64,000 nucleotides of DNA from an uncultured bacterium (GCA_963745865.1 CAVUYZ010000002.1:101514-165513); one strand, 5' to 3'. Counted from the first letter of the stretch, positions 20,501-29,779 are shown. Numbers and translations: made by a program. Notes: generated from the sequence alone by a model not told the origin.

Positions 20501-21178
20501 GGCGATGTCCCCGAAACGGTCACAGTCGGCGACTGCACGCCGCCTCCGACCACGACCACTACGACGCGACCTGCGGCGACGGGTTCGATCGGTGACTACG
20601 TCTGGCTGGATGCAAATGCTGATGGACATCAGGGCGACTTCGAGCTTCCTCTCGAGGGAGTGAAGGTCGAACTGCTCGACAGCAACGGTGCGGTCTTGGC
20701 AACGACCACAACCAACGCCAACGGTGGGTATTTGTTCGACGGCCTCGCCGCCGGCACCTACCAGGTCCGGTTCACCATCGCTGACGACCCGAACGATCAG
20801 ACAAACCTGACATTTGGGCCGGCGCTGGCGGATGGCGTGCCTGTTGATCGAAACAGTGACGCCACGGACATCGGCGGGGACGATGCCGACGATGTCGGCG
20901 TCACCGGTTCGATCTTCCTGCAGCCCGGTCAGGATGACCTGACGTGGGATGCCGGAGTGATTGCCGTGGCGGTCCAAGGGATTCAGATCGAGTCCACGAC
21001 GACCACGATCGCTCCAGTGACGACCGACACACTGCCGTTCACCGGGTTCGAGAGCCAGGAACTGGCGATTCTCGGCCTGGTGGTGTTGGCGGCGGGCGGA
21101 ATGCTGCTGTTTACAGCGGCTCGCCGCGAAGATGAGGAGGCGGCGACGGAGACCACGGGGACGTGGTCGAGTCTCTGA
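17511..21178 (+). CDS. Large LPXTG-anchored surface protein paralog 2 with 3 DUF11-like repeats and an SdrD-B-like domain. The 5' ~1 kb has several frameshifts. 18521-21178 is one clean 885-aa frame.
   Basis: MSSMAQRRTAAAAAITMLFAVLQYVLLSVSPMPAFA; GDGDSYVVNDVLPGTYSLSEDDPS; three copies of ISVDKDASVSSVTAPGGDVTYTVTVTNTS; GDYVWLDANADGHQGD...YQVRFT; LPFTG followed by a TM segment and ARRED. Confidence 0.7.
18591..20535 (+). repeat. Three tandem copies of a 645-bp unit (about 99.5% identical), in frame within paralog 2
   Basis: The same 215-aa block appears three times with only 2-3 substitutions. Confidence 0.9.
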
Positions 21179-21201
21179 CTCCGAGCCGGTATCGGAAGAC
21201 T

Positions 21202-21234
21202 GAGGCGGCCCCGGGTTCAACCCGGGGCCGTCTC
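21202..21234 (+). terminator. Hairpin terminator after paralog 2
   Basis: GAGGCGGCCCCGGG-ttcaa-CCCGGGGCCGTCTC. Confidence 0.55.
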
Positions 21235-21397
21235 GCGACATGCCGCCACCACCACCGCTCTTGTGCTTCCTCATGTCGGAAGCCGATCGGGCTCGGTGGT
21301 GACGTATCGAGAGGTGATGCCTCCGACCCATTGCATGTGGCTAGTCACATCGGGCACACTGCAATGGTCATGCCTCCTCTCTTGTGGGGAGCTGGCA

Positions 21398-21568
21398 AGG
21401 TGTTACAAATAGTGGTGTGCGACCACAGAGCGTGGTTGCACGGGGCAAACGATTGGGCGACTTCGACCTGCGGTCCGTTAGATCGGTCACCGAGGAACGC
21501 AGCGAGTCAGTGGTGAGACCGGCCCTCCCCGAAACAAGCGGGCCATGAGGTCAGGGAGGCATCCATTA
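21398..21568 (+). promoter_or_regulatory. Conserved leader element, copy 3
   Basis: The core CGGTCACCGAGGAACGCAGCGAGTCAGTGGTGAGACCGGCCCTCCCC is identical to copies 1 and 2. GGGAGG lies 9 nt before the ATG. Confidence 0.5.
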
Positions 21569-22758
21569 ATGAGTGCTATGGCGCAACGCAGAACGGCGGC
21601 AGCCGCTGCGATCACGATGATGTTTGCGGTACTGCAATTAGTGCTGTTCGCGACGAATCCGGTCCCGGCAGGCGCTGCAGAGGACAACCCCGGCCCCGCC
21701 GAGTCGGTGTGCCCGATTCCTGATGCCGAAGGTGTCGTGGCGCGGGTTCTCAACAAGGGTGGCTACATCTATGCCAACTTGACCGCGGATGACGCTGATA
21801 CAGGTCCCTTCGACATCTCGCTCGCAGCTGGCGTATACGACGTGTCCCTGACGAGCTGGGACAACCACACGGGCCGGACACCAGACCCGTCGCAGACCCA
21901 AGAGCAGTATTTGTCCAGGGTTGGTTCGAAGGATCCAAAGTCTGGACGTCTTCTACGATCGATGACTTACCGGATGATCAAGACATCCTGACTCAGCTTG
22001 TCGATTCGGGCGTGACTGTTCCCGAGCTAGACGAGGTCGGGGCTGTGCACGCTGCCTACCCATCCGACATCGGCAACTCTCACCAGCCGGTGTGCGTGGT
22101 GTTCGTTCCGACCAAGACGACCACGACGACGGAGGCGACGACGACCACGACGACGGAGGCGACGACGACCACGACGACGGAGGCGACGACGACCACGACG
22201 ACGGAGGCGACGACGACCACGGCTCCGAGGACTTCGACCACGGTGGAGTCGGCAGTAGGGGCGATCGTGATCGAGAAGAGCGCCCCCCTGGCCGATGGAG
22301 ACACGTTCGTCTTCACTCTTGACGATGACCGTTTCGTTCTCCAGGACGGCGGTTCAGAGACGTTTGGCAATCTCGACCCGGGGACATACCTCGCCAGCGA
22401 GTTCAATGGATCCGCGTGGGGCCTGACGACCATTGCGTGCGACAATGGCTCGGCGGGCACGATTGCCGATGATGGGTCCGAGGGCAGTGTCTCGATCGAC
22501 CTGGAAGCCGGAGAGACCGTGACCTGCGTGTTCTCCAACGCGCCGGTCGAGGTCCTGGGGATTCAGATCGAGTCCACGACGACCACCATCGCTCCAGTGA
22601 CGACCGACACCCTGCCCTTCACCGGGTTCGAGAGCCAGGAACTGGCGATTCTCGGACTGGTGGTGTTGGCGGCGGGTGGCGTGCTGCTCTTCGCAGCGAC
22701 ACGTCGTGAAGAGGATGACCTCGTGACCGAGGTCGTCGGAAGCTGGTCTCGCGACTGA
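21569..22758 (+). CDS. LPXTG-anchored surface protein paralog 3, with one frameshift at about 21925
   Basis: MSAMAQRRTAAAAAITMMFAVLQLVLFATNPVPAGA; four copies of TTTTTTEA; IQIESTTTTIAPVTTDTLPFTGFESQELAILGLVVLAAGG. Confidence 0.75.
22117..22212 (+). repeat. Four copies of a 24-nt coding repeat (TTTTTTEA)
   Basis: ACGACGGAGGCGACGACGACCACG repeated. Confidence 0.7.
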
Positions 22759-22786
22759 TCGAGCGCCCGCTCGGAGACAACTGGAA

Positions 22787-22810
22787 GGGCCCCGGGTTCG
22801 CCCGGGGCCC
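22787..22810 (+). terminator. Hairpin after paralog 3
   Basis: GGGCCCCGGG-ttcg-CCCGGGGCCC. Confidence 0.5.
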
Positions 22811-22929
22811 ATCCGCGTCCGATGGTCTCGTTGGAAGTGACACAGGACTCTTGAGTGGTCCTGGGGCTGGAGCTACACCGAGTGGTGAAGACGCCACAGA
22901 TAGTGGCGAATGGGGCTCTCAGGGCGACG

Positions 22930-23028
22930 AAGACCCGTGGCCTGGTAGATCGGTCACCGCAGGCCACAGCGAGTCAATGGTGAGACCGGCCCTCCCCAGA
23001 GATGAGCGAAAGCTCGGGGAGGCACGAA
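22930..23028 (+). promoter_or_regulatory. Conserved leader element, copy 4 (diverged)
   Basis: CGGTCACCGCAGGCCACAGCGAGTCAATGGTGAGACCGGCCCTCCCC, then GGGGAGG 7 nt before the ATG. Confidence 0.45.
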
Positions 23029-24189
23029 ATGGGTGCCACGACACAGCGCAGGCTGGCAGGCATCGCTGCACTGCTACTCCTGCTGACAGCACTGCAACTG
23101 GTGGTGTCGGCGAATTCGAGACCGGCGCTCGCCGCCGACCAACCGACGCTCGTCGAAGGGAACCCGACCTGCGCCGATTTCGGCTCGTACGAGCTGAGGC
23201 TCAAGATCGAGGCGGGCGATGAGCTGGACGACGGCAACTCCGGCGAATACGTCTCGGGCGACCTTGATTGTCGACGTCGACATCTACGAGACATCCGCCG
23301 GATGGGAGTTCGACTGGTCCGCAAACCACGACGTTGGAATCGTCGTTGCCAAGGGAGGTCCGGTAGCGAACCTCTACACGTACGAAGGCGCACAGAGTGA
23401 CTCCGGTTTGCATGCTCCGTTCAATTCCAACAGTGGGAGTTGGTACGGGCTGAGTCACATCTCGTTCTGCACGAGCACCAGCGATGACACACTCCGGGCA
23501 CGGATGACACGACGCCGGGGACAGATGACACGACTCCCGGCACGGATGCCACCACTCCGGTGACGAACGAAACCACGCCTGAAACCCGGGCCACGACACC
23601 TGCGACGTTGCCGCTCCTCGGGGCGATCGGAGACTTCGTGTGGTTCGATGCAGATCGGAACGGGCAACAGGACGACCCGGCGATCGAGATCCCGGTTCTC
23701 GGGGCAACTGTTGAACTCCTCGAGCCGTCGGGAACGGTGCTTGCCACCCAGCTGACCGGAGCCGATGGGCTGTACCTGTTCGACGGTCTCCCGGCCGGGA
23801 ACTATCGGGTTCAGGTGACGTATCAAGGAGCCGCATACACGCTTCCGAGGGCTTCGGGCGTTTCCAATGATCGGAACAGCGACGTGGATCCACTGGGCAA
23901 CGGCATCGGACGCACGGCCTTGATCAGTCTCGATGCGGGAGAAGTGGACCTGACGTGGGACGCCGGAATCGTCGTCGAGGTGTTGGCCGCCCAGATCGAG
24001 TCCACGACAACGACGATCGCAGTCGAACCGGTCGTCGTTGACACCCTGCCGTTCACAGGTTCCGATGTGGACCAGACGATCGCGCTTGCGATGATAATGA
24101 TCGTCGCCGGTGCCCTCTTGCTGCGTGCTGCATCCCGGCGGGAGGAAGAGACAATGTCCGACGTGACGGGGAGGTGGTCGAACGCCTGA
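23029..24189 (+). CDS. LPXTG-anchored surface protein paralog 4, with two frameshifts at about 23280 and 23500
   Basis: MGATTQRRLAGIAALLLLLTALQLVVSANSRPALA; AGWEFDWSANHD; three copies of PGTDDTT; GDFVWFDADRNGQQDD...YRVQVT; LPFTGSDVDQT followed by a TM segment and SRREE. Confidence 0.75.
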
Positions 24190-24222
24190 ACTTGGGATGT
24201 TCCTGAGGGATAGTCTACGACG

Positions 24223-24260
24223 AGTGGTTCCGCGATTTCAACGGAGATCGCGGAACCACT
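24223..24260 (+). terminator. Hairpin terminator after paralog 4
   Basis: AGTGGTTCCGCGAT-ttcaacggag-ATCGCGGAACCACT, a 14-bp stem. Confidence 0.55.
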
Positions 24261-24285
24261 GTGTGAGGTTCTACGTCGAACTCGC

Positions 24286-24951
24286 ATGACAACCATCACA
24301 CCAAACATCCGGGCAATCGCTGCGGCGATGTGCCTTTCCATTCTGCTGGCGGCGTGCAGCGCCGACGCATCATTGGCACGACTGTGCCGACGACGGATGG
24401 CCAGCCGACCACGACGACAACCCCACCTCCCCCGACGACTACTTCACCACCACGACGACAACTCCGACAACGGGAGCGCCGTCGACGACGACGCCGACCG
24501 CCGACGGGGAGATGTCGACGGCTGCCCGAGCCACCATCGAAGAGATCGAGAACGCCGCCAGATCAGGAGATCTCCTGCGGCTCGCCGAGCTCGCATTGTC
24601 GGGCGATGTGCTGTTCACGGCCTCGTTCGGGCAGGAGTTCTCCGACCCCGCCGAGCTGGCTGCGTACTGGGAAGGCATCGAAGGACCGTCGATCCCGGAG
24701 GTGATTCTCGGCCTGCTCGATGCCGGCTACACCCAGACCCTCGCAGCTATGAAGATGGCACGCAAGTCGCCATCCACGTTACCCCTGCAGTCATGGGAGA
24801 GGATTCCACGGCCGCCGACCGCGCCCGGCTCGAGTCGATCTTCGGGGAGGACACCGTAGCGTCCTGGTACGCCGACGGCATGTACCTGGGTTGGAGGATC
24901 GGGCGTCGACGCCGATGGGAACTGGCGGTTCCTCGTCATCGGCGACTGAGA
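24286..24951 (+). CDS. Hypothetical lipoprotein with a Thr/Pro-rich linker; 2-3 frameshifts
   Basis: MTTITPNIRAIAAAMCLSILLAACS has a lipobox. It is followed by TTTTTPPPPTTT, then ATIEEIENAARSGDLLRLAEL...WRIGIDADGNWRFLVIGD. Confidence 0.55.
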
Positions 24952-24959
24952 GCGGTTGC

Positions 24960-25330
24960 TCCTCCTCGGGGGGACAGGCGAGCGTCAGCGGGACCAGGGG
25001 CTAGTTGCGTGACAATGCCCCCCTGGGTTCGCGGGCGAACCCGGTCCCCCCTGCGGAGGGACAAACAACGACAATGCCCCCCTTTCCCCCCGGGGTTCAG
25101 CACGACGAACCCTGTCCCCCCTGCGGAGGGAGAGACAACGACGATGCCCCCCTGTCCCCCTGCGGAGGGACAAACGCACGACAATGCCCCCCTGGGTTCG
25201 CAGGGCGAACCCGTGTCCCCCCTGCGGAGGGACAAACAATGACGAGAGAACCCTGTTCTCCGTGCGGAGGGACAAACAGGGGACGAACAAACCCTGCGAA
25301 TTGGCGGAAGGGGGACGGTTGGGGATGTTG
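24960..25330. repeat. Cluster of alternating GC-rich palindromic repeats (hairpin A and hairpin B); not a CRISPR array
   Basis: Hairpin A is GTCCCCCCTGCGGAGGGACAAAC; hairpin B is GGGTTCGCGGGCGAACCC. At least 5 copies of A with irregular 17-47 nt spacers that contain further repeats. Confidence 0.6.
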
Positions 25331-25396
25331 GGGTAGGCTCCGGAATCGAGAAAACCTCGCCTGGGGACGGGCGATTTCCGCAATACTCCCGGATCT

Positions 25397-27991
25397 GTGA
25401 TGAACCCGACCTACGAACCCCGAGACGTCGAAGCCCATTGGTACGCCAAGTGGGAGGAGGCCGGAATCTTCCGGCCTGAGTTCCGCCCCGATGGGAAGCC
25501 CTACGCGGTCGTGATCCCGCCTCCGAACGTGACCGGCGTGCTGCACATGGGCCACGCCCTCAATCACACGATCCACGACACGATCATCCGCCGCAAGCGC
25601 ATGCAGGGGTACGCGGCGCTGTGGGTCCCCGGGACCGATCACGCCGGCATCGCCACCCAGAACGTCGTCGAGCGCGAGCTTGCTGTCGAGGGCATGGATC
25701 GTCACGAGCTCGGCCGCGAGGAGTTCATCCGTCAGGTGTGGGAGTGGAAGGACATCTATCACGCTCGCATCACCAATCAGATCCGCCGGATGGGGTCTTC
25801 GTGTGACTGGACCCGCGAGCGCTTCACCCTCGACGACGGCCTGTCTGACGCGGTCAACGAGGTGTTCGTCAGGTTGTACGAAGAGGACCTCATCTATCGA
25901 GGCAACCGGATCATCAACTGGTGTCCCCGGTGTGGCACGGCGCTCGCCGAGATCGAGGTCGAATACCGCGACGTGCAAGGCACGCTGACCCACATCCGGT
26001 ATCCGTTCGTGGACGGTGACGGCGGCATCGTCGTCGCCACCACCCGCCCCGAGACGATGCTCGGCGACACTGCCGTGGCTGTCCACCCCGACGACGAACG
26101 ATATGCGGCCATGGTGGGGAAGATGGTGCGTCTGCCCGTGGTCGGGCGTGAGATCCCGATCATCGCCGACGAGGCAGTCGATCCCGAGTTCGGGTCCGGA
26201 GCAGTCAAGGTCACACCCGCCCACGATCCCAACGACTTCGAGATCGGTGAACGGCACGGCCTCGAGAAGATCGCAGTTCTGGATGCGGAGGCGATCGTCA
26301 CCGCCGAGGGAGGCAGGTTCGAGGGATTGGATCGTTTCGCAGCCCGCGCTGCCATTCGCGAAGCGCTCGAAGCCGAAGGCGCCCTCGTTCAGATCGAAGA
26401 GCACAACCACTCCGTCGGGCACTGCTACCGCTGCGACACGATCATCGAGCCGTATCTGTCTGACCAGTGGTTCGTGGCGGTCAAGCCGCTCGCCGAGCCC
26501 GCCATGGAGGCCGTGCGGGACGGCTCGAACCGGTTCATTCCCGAACGCTGGGACAAGACCTATTTCCACTGGATGGAGAACCTTCGGGACTGGACGATCA
26601 GCCGCCAGATCTGGTGGGGCCATCGCATTCCGGCCTGGTATTGCGACAACGATCACGTGACCGTTGCCCGCAGTGAGGTCGAGGCATGCGCCGAATGCGG
26701 TTCCACCGAAGTCACCCAGGACCCCGACGTCCTCGACACGTGGTTCTCGTCGGCGCTGTGGCCGTTCTCGACCCTCGGATGGCCCGAGGAGACCGAGGAT
26801 CTGGCACGGTTCTATCCGAACGACGTCCTCATCACCGGCTTCGACATCATCTTCTTCTGGGTTGCCCGGATGATGAAGATGGGGATCCATTTCATGGGCG
26901 ACGTCCCCTTCCGCGACACGATCATTCACGGTCTGGTGCGCGACGCCGACGGCAACAAGATGTCGAAGTCCCGTGGAAACACCCTCGACCCGCTCGAGGT
27001 TGCCGAGGAGCACGGCGCCGATCCGCTTCGTCTCGCTCTGATCCAGGCGGCGAACCCCGGCCAGGACGTTCCCTTGAACATGGAGTGGGTCGAAGGCACG
27101 AGGAAGTTCGGCAACAAGCTCTGGAACGGGACACGGTTCGTGCTGCGAAGTGTCGAGCCGGGCACGGTGCCGGCCAATGGCGGCTATCCGGATGCCCCAT
27201 CGGCGATCGATGCATGGATCCTGTCGCGGCTGTCAACGGTCTCGACACGATTCGACGAGCTGTGCGACGAATACCGGTTCAGTGATGCGTTCAGCCTGCT
27301 CTACAGCTTCACGTGGTCAGAGGTCTTCGACTGGTACGTCGAGATGTCCAAGGGTGCCCTCGCCAACGAGGAGACCGCCGAGACGACCAAGCAGACGCTC
27401 GGTGTCGTCATCCGCGACGTCATCAAACTGTTCCATCCAGCGATCCCGTACCTGACCGAAGAGCTCTGGATGAATGTGGTCGGTGACGGCTTCGTCGCCG
27501 GTGCCGACTGGCCGCAGGTGCCCGCGTTCGACGGGCCGGTCGAGATGAGCGACATCCAGGATCTGATCTCCGGTGTCCGGCGATTCCGGGCCGAGCAGGG
27601 GATCTCGCCTCGCCAGGCGCTGACGCTCAAAGTCGAGTCTCCGGCCGGTTCGAGCCTCCCGAAGTGGGCCGAGCGGCTCCTCGTCGACCTGGCAGCCTGT
27701 GAGGTCGAGATCGCGTCCGAGTCACCCGAAGAGGGCCACACCCGGATCGTGGCCGGTCGGTATCAAGGGTTCATCCCGCTCGACGGTCTGATCGATGTGG
27801 ATGCTGAGCGGGAGCGACTCTCGAAGCGGATGGCCGACGCTCAGGCGGATCTCGACAAGGTCGAACGCAAGCTCGGCAACGAGGCTTTCATGTCGAAGGC
27901 CCCGGAAGAGATCGTCGAGAAGGAACGCGGGAAGCAGGCAGAGCTCTCGGACCTCATCGCCAAGCTCCAATCACAGCTGGACCTGCTCTGA
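25397..27991 (+). CDS. valS: Valyl-tRNA synthetase
   Basis: PPPNVTGVLHMGHALNHTI is the HIGH motif and KMSKS is present. Intact 864 aa. Confidence 0.95.
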   Translation: MMNPTYEPRDVEAHWYAKWEEAGIFRPEFRPDGKPYAVVIPPPNVTGVLHMGHALNHTIHDTIIRRKRMQGYAALWVPGTDHAGIATQNVVERELAVEGMDRHELGREEFIRQVWEWKDIYHARITNQIRRMGSSCDWTRERFTLDDGLSDAVNEVFVRLYEEDLIYRGNRIINWCPRCGTALAEIEVEYRDVQGTLTHIRYPFVDGDGGIVVATTRPETMLGDTAVAVHPDDERYAAMVGKMVRLPVVGREIPIIADEAVDPEFGSGAVKVTPAHDPNDFEIGERHGLEKIAVLDAEAIVTAEGGRFEGLDRFAARAAIREALEAEGALVQIEEHNHSVGHCYRCDTIIEPYLSDQWFVAVKPLAEPAMEAVRDGSNRFIPERWDKTYFHWMENLRDWTISRQIWWGHRIPAWYCDNDHVTVARSEVEACAECGSTEVTQDPDVLDTWFSSALWPFSTLGWPEETEDLARFYPNDVLITGFDIIFFWVARMMKMGIHFMGDVPFRDTIIHGLVRDADGNKMSKSRGNTLDPLEVAEEHGADPLRLALIQAANPGQDVPLNMEWVEGTRKFGNKLWNGTRFVLRSVEPGTVPANGGYPDAPSAIDAWILSRLSTVSTRFDELCDEYRFSDAFSLLYSFTWSEVFDWYVEMSKGALANEETAETTKQTLGVVIRDVIKLFHPAIPYLTEELWMNVVGDGFVAGADWPQVPAFDGPVEMSDIQDLISGVRRFRAEQGISPRQALTLKVESPAGSSLPKWAERLLVDLAACEVEIASESPEEGHTRIVAGRYQGFIPLDGLIDVDAERERLSKRMADAQADLDKVERKLGNEAFMSKAPEEIVEKERGKQAELSDLIAKLQSQLDLL

Positions 27992-27993
27992 CC

Positions 27994-29311
27994 GTGTTCA
28001 CGTACCCAGAAGCGGTCGCCTACCTCGACCACCACATCGGACGGGGAATGCATCCCGGTCTCGACACGATCCGCGGTCTGCTCGACCTGATGGGAAACCC
28101 CCAGGACAGCTACCCGATCGTCCACATCGCCGGAACCAATGGGAAGACGTCGGTAGCTCGCATGGTGACGATGCTGTGCATCGCGCATGGGCTGACGACC
28201 GGGACGTTCACCTCGCCGCATCTCCATCGTGTCGAGGAACGCACCCAGATGAACGGCCAGGTGCCCAAACCCGACGAGTTCGCTCAAGCGGTCCTGGACG
28301 TCAAGGCGTTTGCCGACATCTACGAGGAACGGACCGATCGACCGGTCAGCTACTTCGAACTGACCGCCGCGCTCGCCTTCTCGTGGTTCGCCGATCAGGC
28401 CGTTGACGTCGGGGTCATCGAGGTGGGTCTCGGCGGCCGGCTCGATGCAACCAACGCCGGACATGGAACCGTCTCGGTGCTCACCAGCATCGGCCTCGAT
28501 CACACCAAGGAACTCGGTGACACTCTCGAGTCGATCGCCCGGGAGAAGCTGGCGATCGTCGAGCCAAACTCCATCTTGATCGCCGGGGCACTTCCCGACC
28601 ACATCGTCACGATCGTCGAAGAGGTGTGTCGGGATCGCGACGTCGAACTGCGGCTCTACGGCCGTGACTTTCGCCTGGAAGGCTCAGCGAAGGCCATCGG
28701 TGGTTGGCAGCTCGACATCGAGGGAACCCAAGGTGTCTACGAGGAGGTCTTCCTCCCGGTGCACGGCCGCTACCAGACCTTGAACTTCGCAGTCGCCGTC
28801 GCCGCGGTGGAGGCCCTGACCGGCCGCAGGCTCGATCGAGAGGCGGTGATCGAGGCCGCAACCGTCGTGACGGCCCCCGGGCGGATGGAGATCCTCGAGA
28901 CCGAACCGCCCCTGCTGGTCGACGGAGCTCACAACGTCCCCGGGTTCGTGGCGTTGTCCCAATCGCTCACGCGAGGAGTACCCCACCACGCGATGGGTGC
29001 TCGTGACCGGAGCCATGCAGGACAAGGATCTATCGGGGATGTATGGCGAGATCGCCGGTCGTCTGCTTGCTGTGATCACCACTCAGGTCGACTCCGCTCG
29101 AGCCCGCACCGCAGCCGATCTCGGCGCCCGTTTGGAACCCGTCGTCGGAGACACTCCGATCGTGGTCGTTCCCGACCCGGTCGAAGCGCTCGCCCACGCC
29201 AGGACACTGGTTGGCGAAGGTGACGGAATCCTGGTCGCCGGCTCGCTCTACCTCGTGGGAGCCATCCGCTCCCATCTCACGGGCCAAGCCAGCACCCCCA
29301 ACGAGCGCTGA
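27994..29311 (+). CDS. folC: Dihydrofolate synthase / folylpolyglutamate synthase, with one frameshift at about 28990
   Basis: VHIAGTNGKTSVARM...TSPHL...IEVGLGGRLDATN, followed by MLVTGAMQDKD in the second frame. Confidence 0.85.
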
Positions 29312-29356
29312 CCTCCAGCGCCCTTCTGCCGACGGAGGCGGAACCGGTGGTCCGGC

Positions 29357-29779
29357 GTGAGTAGCCTGCCCTCCATGGCACACGAGAACACCTTCATCAT
29401 GGTCAAGCCCGACGGGGTCGCACGCGGATTGGTCGGCGAGGTGATCGGCCGGCTGGAGCGCAAAGGATTCAAACTCGAACGCATCCAGATGGTCAGCCCA
29501 ACCGAGACGATCGCCCGCGAGCACTACGCCGAGCACGTCGACAAGCCCTTCTTTCCCGAGCTCCTCGAGTTCATCACGAGCGGACCGGTCGTAGCGATGG
29601 AGTGGTCTGGCGAGTCGGCAGTGTCCGCCGCTCGGAACCTCATGGGTGCCACCAATCCTGCCGAAGCCACACCGGGATCGATTCGCGGCGACCTTGCGAC
29701 CGTGGTCACCGAGAACATCGTCCACGGCTCCGACTCGACCGCCAGCGCCGAGCGCGAGCTCGCGATCTGGTTTTCGTAG
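29357..29779 (+). CDS. ndk: Nucleoside diphosphate kinase
   Basis: [25 protein letters not shown]...NIVHGSDS. Confidence 0.9.
   Translation: MSSLPSMAHENTFIMVKPDGVARGLVGEVIGRLERKGFKLERIQMVSPTETIAREHYAEHVDKPFFPELLEFITSGPVVAMEWSGESAVSAARNLMGATNPAEATPGSIRGDLATVVTENIVHGSDSTASAERELAIWFS

Noticed and set aside
18560-21331. 923-aa minus-strand ORF (Arg/His-rich) spanning the whole surface-protein repeat region
   Set aside because: It is antisense to a clearly homologous plus-strand gene. Its composition is a low-complexity R/H/G translation, typical of a shadow ORF in high-GC DNA with few stop codons. It merely inherits the tandem repeat.
24960-25330. Possible CRISPR array (short direct repeats with intervening sequence)
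   Set aside because: The repeat unit is only about 23 nt. The spacers are of irregular length and themselves contain recurring motifs and palindromes. There are no cas genes. It is better explained as REP-like palindromic units.
25097-27013. 638-aa minus-strand ORF
   Set aside because: It is antisense to the intact valS. It has no homology signal and is a shadow ORF.
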